DNA of 64,000 bases. Origin: a plasmid. How positions within the stretch are numbered: the stretch's first letter is position 1; each line of letters begins with the position of its first letter. Shown here in pieces: positions 31,046-41,052 of this stretch. The stretch is from sequence record NZ_CP110908.1; one strand, given 5' to 3'. A model generated the notes under the pieces. It ran no database searches. It saw only the letters and a program-made list of their open reading frames with translations, and had not been told where the DNA came from. A program made the translations under genes and the position numbers.

Positions 31046-31054
31046 TTCATCTCC

Positions 31055-31078
31055 ACGCCGGGGAAATTGCCCCGGCGG
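31055..31078 (+). terminator. GC-rich hairpin after kpsS (gccgggg-aaattg-ccccggc)
   Basis: 7-bp perfect stem 10 bp after the kpsS stop. No T-run follows. Confidence 0.3.
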
Positions 31079-31150
31079 ATCCGATCTCTACCGCGCTTTT
31101 ATCCCGCCGCTGTAAAAATCCCTAATGTTTATCCCAATTCTGGCCGTTAT

Positions 31151-33456
<2,306 letters not shown>

Positions 33457-33457
33457 G

Positions 33458-33656
33458 AAAATAAAGTGTCATCCTAACTACAGGACCCTGCAACGTAGCA
33501 ATTCCTGCAAAAATCCATTTAAAACAATGACTTATTTCAATTCTGCCATCTGCAAGCGTTTTGTGGGGATGGAGGCCGGAATCATTAAAGTATCATCCTA
33601 ATTTTCGCTCAACCTTGGAAAATGCTGAGAATCGTAAAAATAAAGTTTCATCCTTT
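33458..33656. repeat. Three copies of a ~16-bp motif TAAAGTNTCATCCT(AA) at 33461, 33585 and 33640 in an unassigned 450-bp spacer
   Basis: By direct comparison the copies are aaaataaagtgtcatcctaa, cattaaagtatcatcctaa and aaaataaagtttcatccttt. They lie between the Tn3 fragment and the IS1182-family IR. Confidence 0.5.
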
Positions 33657-33910
33657 CCGCTACTAGTTCAAGGCTTTCTTCCGGCCGCCGGCAACAACGC
33701 TGCTTGGCTGAGGCGATCCACTTGCGCTACCGCTCACTGATCAGATCGAACTTGAACTCGACGAGCAGCCAACCATCAGGCCGAGCGTGATCGCCAAAAA
33801 AAACGGATCATGCGAAATCCTTCGTTGAGTTTGGCGCGGGTTTTAGCAAATCAGCTGGCCCGCGATCCGGTTGAGAGTGATCCGAAGCGGTCCTTGACGA
33901 CCGGCACAAA

Positions 33911-35530
33911 TCGGCCGATTCTGTTGAAAAAGTAGCTTTAGCGGCAGCCTGCCGATCAGGTGTGCCTGCTGTCGAAGTGGCTGCAAGCCACTTCAAGTTG
34001 CCTTCCGGCGTTTCACTGAGCGTCCTTGCTCAGGTTTAAGGGTTAATTTGAGGGTTTCTGCTCGTAGCAGGCATACCTATCCCGTCAGCGGTGGCCCTTG
34101 AGGCAAAAGCTTGGCCATGCGGCGCAGGTTCTGCACCATCGCAGCCAAGGTGAATTCGTCAGTGGCACCCGTTAGGCCACGCAGTCGTAAACGGTCGAGT
34201 TTCATGATCCGTTTGAGGTGGGCGAAAAGCATCTCCACCTTCTTTCGTTCGCAGCGAGAGACGAGGTACTCCGGTGTCTTGGCGATGCGTCGAGCCACGT
34301 CGCGGGCAGCCTCATGGATGCTGCGGACGATCTTCCGATTCGGCGTGTTGGGGCAGCATTTCGCTTTCAACGGGCAGGTGGCGCAGTCGGTTTGGCTGGA
34401 GCGGTAAATGACGGTTTTGGCCTTAGTTACCCGCGACCTTTGCTGGGTGAAGGCGCGCCATTCACTGCGTAGCGGTTTGCCGGCTGGGCAGCGATATTCA
34501 TTGGCGTCCTGACTCCAGTGAAAGTCGTTACTGGAGAGGCTGTCGTCCTTGCGCTCGGTCTTGTCCCACACCGGCACATGCGGTTCGATGTCCTTTTCTT
34601 CGACCATCCAGGCCAGCATCGGGGCGGTGCCATAAGCGGTATCGCCGATAAGGCGTTCCGGTGTGAGATCGAACTGCGCCTCGACACGCTCGACCATCGT
34701 CCTAGTCGAATCGACTTCGGCGGTACGGTGCGCCGGGGTAGCTTCCACGTCCATGATCACACCGTGCTCAGTGTCGATCAGGTAATTCGTGGAGTAGGCA
34801 AAAAAGGCCGGGCCACCTGGCGCTGCTGTCCAACGGGACTGAGGATCAGTGAGCGAAATTTTCTTGGGAAGAGCCTCAGCCAGCGCCTCTTCATCAAGGG
34901 CTTCGAGGTACTCGCGCACTGCGCGGCTGCTGAGCTTTGGATCGTTCCAATCGACCTCATCTCCCGCCACCCCACGTTGCCGGCTGGCATCCGCCTTAAT
35001 GATGCTGGCGTCGACGGCGAAACCTTCACCCTTGACTAGGCCGGCTGCCATGCAGCGCCGCAGCACCTCATTGAATAACCAGCGGAATAGATCGCTGTCA
35101 CGAAAACGCCCATGGCGATTCTTCGAGAAGGTCGAGTGATTGGGGACTTCGTCTTCCAGACCCAACCGGCAGAACCAGCGATAGGCCAGGTTCAGGTGCA
35201 CCTCTTCGCACAATCGCCGCTCGGAACGAATGCCATAGCAGTAGCCGACGACCAGCATGCGCACCATCAACTCCGGGTCAATCGAGGGACGCCCGATGGG
35301 GCTATAGAAATCTGCCAGGTAGGCACGTAGATCACTGAGATCCAAGCACTGGTCGATGCTGCGCAGGAGATGTTGGGCCGGGACGTGATCTTCCAGATTG
35401 AACGAGTAGAACAGGCGCTGCTGTCCTCCCGGTAACTGTCCCATCATGCTGTTCGCCCCCACGCTCGCTGACAAAGCAATTTTGCCAACGGCATGGGGAG
35501 GCCGCTACTTTTTCAACAGAATCGGCCGCA
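33911..35530 (-). mobile_element. IS1182-family insertion sequence (ISCfr1-like), ~1620 bp
   Basis: The 28-bp terminal inverted repeat CGGCCGATTCTGTTGAAAAAGTAGCGGC is at 33911-33938 and, as its reverse complement, at 35503-35530. It encloses a 465-aa IS1182/IS5-superfamily DDE transposase. Confidence 0.75.
34077..35474 (-). CDS. IS1182-family DDE transposase
   Basis: 465 aa with the Transposase_DDE/IS1182 architecture: an N-terminal HTH plus a C-terminal DDE domain with cysteine-rich tail CPAGKPL...CATCPLKAKCC. Confidence 0.75.
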   Translation of the reverse strand: MSASVGANSMMGQLPGGQQRLFYSFNLEDHVPAQHLLRSIDQCLDLSDLRAYLADFYSPIGRPSIDPELMVRMLVVGYCYGIRSERRLCEEVHLNLAYRWFCRLGLEDEVPNHSTFSKNRHGRFRDSDLFRWLFNEVLRRCMAAGLVKGEGFAVDASIIKADASRQRGVAGDEVDWNDPKLSSRAVREYLEALDEEALAEALPKKISLTDPQSRWTAAPGGPAFFAYSTNYLIDTEHGVIMDVEATPAHRTAEVDSTRTMVERVEAQFDLTPERLIGDTAYGTAPMLAWMVEEKDIEPHVPVWDKTERKDDSLSSNDFHWSQDANEYRCPAGKPLRSEWRAFTQQRSRVTKAKTVIYRSSQTDCATCPLKAKCCPNTPNRKIVRSIHEAARDVARRIAKTPEYLVSRCERKKVEMLFAHLKRIMKLDRLRLRGLTGATDEFTLAAMVQNLRRMAKLLPQGPPLTG

Positions 35531-35561
35531 CACAGCCATTCGGCTCAACAGAACCCTGCCT

Positions 35562-36875
35562 TTACCCCACCAAACTCCGGAAACTCGCCCGGTAGTCCGT
35601 CGGCTTGAGATGCACATGTTGGCTGAGGTCGCCGGGTAGCGTGAACAGGCGCGGACCGTCCCGAAACTGGAACACGCGATACAGATGGAATTGATCGCCC
35701 GCCTCCTTGGAGAATTCGAGTTCGTTGTGGCTGACCAAGAAAGACGAGCCTACCCCGCCATTGGTGGTTTTCACCTCGATGAAGCGCTCATGGGCGTCCT
35801 CTTCGAACGACAGGATGTCGAACCCCGCACCGTCTCCCTGGGTGTCGGACACCCAATCCAGCCGCTGAAAAAGCTCTGGGTGGCCGAGCTCGGTCAGGCG
35901 TTGCTGTTCGTAGCCAATCACCCACTGCTCCCCTGCCCGGCCCAGCTTGCGGTTGGCTTCATCGCGAGCGGCATAATCGAACTTTCGCGGTAGGCGTTGC
36001 CGTAGAGATGCCGGGGTACGCACAAGCACTTCACGGGCGGGTGGTTCTACCAAAGCCGCTCGGTAGGTTTTGTCACCCGGAAGTTTTACCTCCTCCAGGG
36101 CATCGACAAGAGCGCCGACCGTCTGCTGATGTTCCAGAACGTAGGCGTGTACGGATTTACGCAGCAGCAGTTGGCTGTTGCCGCGTGGCTTGTAGCCGTT
36201 GATATAGGGCAGGCCCAGGGCATCGAGTACGGCGCTAATGTTCTGGTGCTTGAGCTCGACTGAAGACTTGCTGCGACCGTTCAGCAGTTGGCGCAGTGCC
36301 TGGTTGTGCTCGGACTTGTGGTACGGCTCCCCAGCCGCCTCGGCACGCAGCATGTCGAAATAGTCTTCGACCGTGGCCAGGACCTCTTCTTCGGACCAGT
36401 CTTCGCCGATGCGAATGATGCGAAACCCGAGCCGCGTCAGCGCCGGAACGACGGTCGTCTCGCCACCGGAGAAGCTGTCAGCAGTGAGCGGGCCCTGCTC
36501 GGGAAATTGCTTGCCGAAGGCCACACCGGCGATGGCCTTGGAATCGCAATCGGTGCCGGTCTTCGGATCACGTACCAGGAAGTCGCGGGACTTGCCGTAG
36601 CCGTGGCGCGCCAGGAATTTCGTGCGGCCCAGTTGCACGAACTCATCGATGGCAGCCTGCACGGCGGCGGGGCTTCGAAGCTGGGAGAGTTGAGACACAG
36701 GGTCCTTCCTTACTGTCATGGTGTGCCGGGAACCGCCGAGCCACGAGATTATGAGTAGCCCCTGAACAGAAACGTCACGATAAAAGCCGTGAACGCCACC
36801 AGGCCCATTAAATCCCTTGCGTATTTGCAGCCCGTGCTGTCCAAACCTGTACCAGGTCCGATCAACACGCTCCAA
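35562..36875 (-). CDS. Hypothetical protein with C-terminal DUF3883 (restriction-endonuclease-like, NO-VEIN C-terminal) domain
   Basis: The C-terminal ~100 aa (GAGFDILSFEEDAHERFIEVKTTNGGVGSSFLVSHNELEFSKEAGDQFHLYRVF) fit DUF3883. The ORF-track start is a TTG; a more plausible start is the ATG at 36719 (MTVRKDPVSQ...). No catalytic assignment is possible. Confidence 0.5.
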   Translation of the reverse strand: MERVDRTWYRFGQHGLQIRKGFNGPGGVHGFYRDVSVQGLLIISWLGGSRHTMTVRKDPVSQLSQLRSPAAVQAAIDEFVQLGRTKFLARHGYGKSRDFLVRDPKTGTDCDSKAIAGVAFGKQFPEQGPLTADSFSGGETTVVPALTRLGFRIIRIGEDWSEEEVLATVEDYFDMLRAEAAGEPYHKSEHNQALRQLLNGRSKSSVELKHQNISAVLDALGLPYINGYKPRGNSQLLLRKSVHAYVLEHQQTVGALVDALEEVKLPGDKTYRAALVEPPAREVLVRTPASLRQRLPRKFDYAARDEANRKLGRAGEQWVIGYEQQRLTELGHPELFQRLDWVSDTQGDGAGFDILSFEEDAHERFIEVKTTNGGVGSSFLVSHNELEFSKEAGDQFHLYRVFQFRDGPRLFTLPGDLSQHVHLKPTDYRASFRSLVG

Positions 36876-37280
36876 CCATTGAGGTACGAAAACACCGCCT
36901 GACCGAACAAAAAATGCGTGATAGCCGCCGCAGCCATGACGCCGGAATCGTCAGACAGGCTGTAGCTGTTGACCATTGCCCTGTACGCCTGCATCTGAAA
37001 TGGCTATTGCCCTGATGGGAGCCGGCTTTTCAGCCACCGACACCAGCGATGCCGTCAATATTCTTTACCCGATAACCATGACCGTACAAGCTAACAAGGC
37101 CTGGCAAGCCAGCGGACTTAAAAAGTCTTTTTTTCTACCATCCCACAAAAAAGTTCGTGGTGGAGAAAAGATAAGCTATGCAAGGCTTTAGGAGACGTGG
37201 TTTTTCAGGATGACGAAGAACGATTCGGCGCTAGGTGCAACATAGGTGCATCGCACGAGCGCTAGGAACGGCGAAAAAAG

Positions 37281-37579
37281 GCGGACGTGGCGAAATCGGT
37301 AGACGCAGCAGACTTTAAAATTGGAGTGCCCGCGGGGAAATCCGCGGAGTAGAACCGCTCAAAGTCGGGGAACGCTAACGGGCAATACCCTAAGCCAATC
37401 CCGAGCCAAGCCCCTTCGGGGGAAGGTGTAGAGACTGGACGGGCGGCGCCTAAAGCCTTCGGGCAATGGCGAAGGGACAGTCCAGACCACGAACGTCATC
37501 AGACGGCGGCGAAAGTCGAGGTGGTACGAAAATCTGCTTCTCTGTGAGAGTACGGGTTCGAGTCCCGTCGTCCGCACCA
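37281..37579 (+). tRNA. trnL(UAA): tRNA-Leu(UAA) gene interrupted in the anticodon loop (between U34 and A35) by a 213-nt group-I-type intron; CCA encoded
   Basis: Exon 1 (37281-37315) plus exon 2 (37529-37579) fold into a perfect class II cloverleaf. The acceptor is GCGGACG/CGTCCGC. The D arm is GCG-AAATCGGTAGA-CGC. The anticodon stem is GCAGA/TCTGC with loop CUU|AAAA, giving anticodon UAA. The variable arm is TCTC-TGTG-AGAG. The T arm is ACGGG-TTCGAGT-CCCGT, with discriminator A and CCA. The intervening sequence (37316-37528) ends in G after an exonic U and contains cyanobacterial/plastid trnL-intron-like blocks (AATCCCGAGCCAAGCC and GTAGAGACTGGACGG...CAGTCCAGACC). Confidence 0.8.
37316..37528 (+). 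ncRNA. Putative group I self-splicing intron within tRNA-Leu(UAA)
   Basis: 213 nt at the canonical tRNA-Leu(UAA) intron position, with a 5' splice site after U and a terminal omega-G. It has P7-like paired elements (GACTGGACGG / CAGTCCAGAC) and a GAAA tetraloop region (GCGGGGAAATCCGCGG). Confidence 0.65.
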
Positions 37580-37672
37580 CAAAGCCAAACATCCCTGCGA
37601 TGATCGACCTCTGGGCGTTTGGTCGTGAGCCCGCCACCCTCGCGCTACGCTTTGCGCAGGCGTCGAAGGCGA

Positions 37673-38215
37673 TCAGGTGCGCCCATCGATTCCGTCGAGC
37701 ACCATCGCTGCGAGTTCATCGCTGGTGTGTGCACCACTATCGAGAACACGGGTTGTGCATGGAAGCCGTTCCCTTGCGGCCAAGCATCGGGCGACATTCG
37801 CTAATCGCCACTCTCGAATCTCCGCATTTCGATTCGGGTCAGGATGCATGGTCTGGTTCGCGATCCGGTGACGCAATAGGTCCTCGTTGAGCGTCAGAAA
37901 GATGTGCAGCAGCTGATCGTCGATCCGCCTTACCCCGTCGAGTATCTCAGTCAGATAGTCCGGGTGCACGAGCGTCATTGGGATGATGATGTCCTGCGAG
38001 TAATTCCTTCGAATCTCCCTGACCGCCGCGATCGTAAGTCCCCTCCACAAGGGGAGATCCTGATAGTCTCCGCTCGCTGGCATGGGGACCGTTTCTTTCA
38101 CCACGAACCCGATTTCCTCGGGGTCAAAGATCAGCGATTTGGAACGCCGATCGCGCAGCCGCTTAGCGAGCGTCGTCTTTCCGGCGCCGAAAGGTCCGTT
38201 GATCCAGATTATCAT
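37673..38215 (-). CDS. tmrB: TmrB-like ATP-binding protein (tunicamycin-resistance protein family)
   Basis: 180 aa with a P-loop (MIIWINGPFGAGKTTLAKRL). This is the canonical partner gene downstream of aac(3)-II in resistance modules. Confidence 0.85.
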   Translation of the reverse strand: MIIWINGPFGAGKTTLAKRLRDRRSKSLIFDPEEIGFVVKETVPMPASGDYQDLPLWRGLTIAAVREIRRNYSQDIIIPMTLVHPDYLTEILDGVRRIDDQLLHIFLTLNEDLLRHRIANQTMHPDPNRNAEIREWRLANVARCLAARERLPCTTRVLDSGAHTSDELAAMVLDGIDGRT

Positions 38216-38227
38216 TGTCGACGGCCT

Positions 38228-39088
38228 CTAACCTGAAGGCTCGCAAGAGCGCTCGACGGCCTCGTGCGGAGGCACGATCGGAGTGGTTCCGAAATGCTTC
38301 TCAAGATAGGTGACGCCGAACGTCACGATGTCCTGCGCGTCGAACAGGTAGCACTGAGCAAAGCCCACGACACCTTCTCGATGGCGACCGAGCTTCACGT
38401 AAGCATTTGCTATAGTTTCAACCGCATCCGGCTTTCCTTCGATAGCAAAGCAATCGAGAATGCCGTTTGAATCGTAATCCGATGCCGTTTTCCAGGCGAC
38501 TTCACCGTCTCTTCCAAGCATCGGCATCTCATACGTCACCCACCGTTTGTTGGGGATATCGGCAACCGCCTCGGCGTAGTGCAATGCGGTAACGGAGTTT
38601 AGCGGCGCACCCAACAGCAGGGCCTTCCCGCCAAGGCGAACGAACCGCTCGACGGGCGATCCTTCCCCCAAGGCGTGACCGAGTTCGTGAGGCTCCGTCA
38701 GCGTTTCAGCCAGCGGACCAACCGCGACCATCGATGCATCGGGGTGCGCGCTGCGCCGCGCGCCGGGGGCTTGAACCAGAAATTGATTCAGCAGGCCGAA
38801 CCCACGGTAAGTCCCGGCTGTTGCGGGATCGAACGGCAGCCAGGTACGGCGGGCTTCGTCATCCAGCCGAGCGCCATTCAGAGTCTCCTCGTAGGGTGAT
38901 CGGTCCCACGACGCGTATCCCATCACAGTGCCAGTCGGCCCAACCGCGGAGCGTAACGCGGCAACGACCGTCTCCGCTCCTCCTTCGACCGGACCAATCG
39001 CTTTAAGTGAGGCATGCACCATCAAGAGGTCACCGGTTTGGACTCCGAGTTTTTGAAGCGCCTCCGTTATTGCCTTCCGCGTATGCAT
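38228..39088 (-). CDS. aac(3)-IId: Aminoglycoside 3-N-acetyltransferase AAC(3)-II (IId/IIa type; gentamicin/tobramycin resistance)
   Basis: 286 aa from MHTRKAITEALQKLGVQTGDLLMVHASLKAIGPVEGGAETVVAAL..., AAC(3)-II family. The six-frame ORF is extended upstream through the Tn3 IR ([11 protein letters not shown]...), and that extension is spurious. Confidence 0.9.
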   Translation of the reverse strand: MHTRKAITEALQKLGVQTGDLLMVHASLKAIGPVEGGAETVVAALRSAVGPTGTVMGYASWDRSPYEETLNGARLDDEARRTWLPFDPATAGTYRGFGLLNQFLVQAPGARRSAHPDASMVAVGPLAETLTEPHELGHALGEGSPVERFVRLGGKALLLGAPLNSVTALHYAEAVADIPNKRWVTYEMPMLGRDGEVAWKTASDYDSNGILDCFAIEGKPDAVETIANAYVKLGRHREGVVGFAQCYLFDAQDIVTFGVTYLEKHFGTTPIVPPHEAVERSCEPSG

Positions 39089-39120
39089 CGCGATATCTCC
39101 TCTAAACTGCAAAACACTAT

Positions 39121-39257
39121 ACGGGGTCTGACGCTCAGTGGAACGAAAACTCACGTTAAGGGATTTTGGTCATGAGATTATCAAAAAGGATCTTCACCTA
39201 GATCCTTTTAAATTAAAAATGAAGTTTTAAATCAATCTAAAGTATATATGAGTAAAC
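39121..39257 (-). mobile_element. Tn3-family right-end remnant (38-bp IR plus the bla 3' flank, with bla deleted) abutting IS26
   Basis: ggggtctgacgctcagtggaacgaaaactcacgttaag...atatgagtaaac is followed immediately by the IS26 IR. This is the classical IS26-truncated Tn3 structure next to aac(3)-IId. Confidence 0.85.
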
Positions 39258-40077
39258 GGCACTGTTGCAAATAGTCGGTGGTGATAAACTTATCATCCCC
39301 TTTTGCTGATGGAGCTGCACATGAACCCATTCAAAGGCCGGCATTTTCAGCGTGACATCATTCTGTGGGCCGTACGCTGGTACTGCAAATACGGCATCAG
39401 TTACCGTGAGCTGCAGGAGATGCTGGCTGAACGCGGAGTGAATGTCGATCACTCCACGATTTACCGCTGGGTTCAGCGTTATGCGCCTGAAATGGAAAAA
39501 CGGCTGCGCTGGTACTGGCGTAACCCTTCCGATCTTTGCCCGTGGCACATGGATGAAACCTACGTGAAGGTCAATGGCCGCTGGGCGTATCTGTACCGGG
39601 CCGTCGACAGCCGGGGCCGCACTGTCGATTTTTATCTCTCCTCCCGTCGTAACAGCAAAGCTGCATACCGGTTTCTGGGTAAAATCCTCAACAACGTGAA
39701 GAAGTGGCAGATCCCGCGATTCATCAACACGGATAAAGCGCCCGCCTATGGTCGCGCGCTTGCTCTGCTCAAACGCGAAGGCCGGTGCCCGTCTGACGTT
39801 GAACACCGACAGATTAAGTACCGGAACAACGTGATTGAATGCGATCATGGCAAACTGAAACGGATAATCGGCGCCACGCTGGGATTTAAATCCATGAAGA
39901 CGGCTTACGCCACCATCAAAGGTATTGAGGTGATGCGTGCACTACGCAAAGGCCAGGCCTCAGCATTTTATTATGGTGATCCCCTGGGCGAAATGCGCCT
40001 GGTAAGCAGAGTTTTTGAAATGTAAGGCCTTTGAATAAGACAAAAGGCTGCCTCATCGCTAACTTTGCAACAGTGCC
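39258..40077 (+). mobile_element. IS26 (820 bp)
   Basis: The 14-bp IRs GGCACTGTTGCAAA are at 39258 and (complement) 40064-40077. The length is exactly 820 bp. Confidence 0.95.
39321..40025 (+). CDS. tnpA: IS26 transposase Tnp26
   Basis: MNPFKGRHFQRDIILWAVRWYCKYGISYRELQEMLAERGVNVDHSTIYRW... is the canonical 234-aa IS26 transposase. Confidence 0.95.
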   Translation: MNPFKGRHFQRDIILWAVRWYCKYGISYRELQEMLAERGVNVDHSTIYRWVQRYAPEMEKRLRWYWRNPSDLCPWHMDETYVKVNGRWAYLYRAVDSRGRTVDFYLSSRRNSKAAYRFLGKILNNVKKWQIPRFINTDKAPAYGRALALLKREGRCPSDVEHRQIKYRNNVIECDHGKLKRIIGATLGFKSMKTAYATIKGIEVMRALRKGQASAFYYGDPLGEMRLVSRVFEM

Positions 40078-40146
40078 GGATTGAATATAACCGACGTGAC
40101 TGTTACATTTAGGTGGCTAAACCCGTCAAGCCCTCAGGAGTGAATC

Positions 40147-41052
40147 ATGACCGTAGTCACGACCGCCGATACCTCCCAACTGTACGCACTTGCAGCCCGA
40201 CATGGGCTCAAGCTCCATGGCCCGCTGACTGTCAATGAGCTTGGGCTCGACTATAGGATCGTGATCGCCACCGTCGACGATGGACGTCGGTGGGTGCTGC
40301 GCATCCCGCGCCGAGCCGAGGTAAGCGCGAAGGTCGAACCAGAGGCGCGGGTGCTGGCAATGCTCAAGAATCGCCTGCCGTTCGCGGTGCCGGACTGGCG
40401 CGTGGCCAACGCCGAGCTCGTTGCCTATCCCATGCTCGAAGACTCGACTGCGATGGTCATCCAGCCTGGTTCGTCCACGCCCGACTGGGTCGTGCCGCAG
40501 GACTCGGAGGTCTTCGCGGAGAGCTTCGCGACCGCGCTCGCCGCCCTGCATGCCGTCCCCATTTCCGCCGCCGTGGATGCGGGGATGCTCATCCGTACAC
40601 CGACGCAGGCCCGTCAGAAGGTGGCCGACGACGTTGACCGCGTCCGACGCGAGTTCGTGGTGAACGACAAGCGCCTCCACCGGTGGCAGCGCTGGCTCGA
40701 CGACGATTCGTCGTGGCCAGATTTCTCCGTGGTGGTGCATGGCGATCTCTACGTGGGCCATGTGCTCATCGACAACACGGAGCGCGTCAGCGGGATGATC
40801 GACTGGAGCGAGGCCCGCGTTGATGACCCTGCCATCGACATGGCCGCGCACCTTATGGTCTTTGGTGAAGAGGGGCTCGCGAAGCTCCTCCTCACGTATG
40901 AAGCGGCCGGTGGCCGGGTGTGGCCGCGGCTCGCCCACCACATCGCGGAGCGCCTTGCGTTCGGGGCGGTCACCTACGCACTCTTCGCCCTCGACTCGGG
41001 TAACGAAGAGTACCTCGCTGCGGCGAAGGCGCAGCTCGCCGCAGCGGAATGA
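40147..41052 (+). CDS. mph(A): Macrolide 2'-phosphotransferase I
   Basis: 301 aa, MTVVTTADTSQLYALAARHGLKLHGPLTVNELGLDYRIVIATVDDGRRWVLRIP..., APH-like kinase fold with HGDLYVGHVLID. Confidence 0.95.
   Translation: MTVVTTADTSQLYALAARHGLKLHGPLTVNELGLDYRIVIATVDDGRRWVLRIPRRAEVSAKVEPEARVLAMLKNRLPFAVPDWRVANAELVAYPMLEDSTAMVIQPGSSTPDWVVPQDSEVFAESFATALAALHAVPISAAVDAGMLIRTPTQARQKVADDVDRVRREFVVNDKRLHRWQRWLDDDSSWPDFSVVVHGDLYVGHVLIDNTERVSGMIDWSEARVDDPAIDMAAHLMVFGEEGLAKLLLTYEAAGGRVWPRLAHHIAERLAFGAVTYALFALDSGNEEYLAAAKAQLAAAE

Noticed and set aside
36749-36994. 81-aa ORF upstream of and overlapping the DUF3883 gene
   Set aside because: It overlaps the DUF3883 ORF by 127 bp in another frame and has no RBS or motif. 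It is retained only as a caveat on the DUF3883 start-codon choice.
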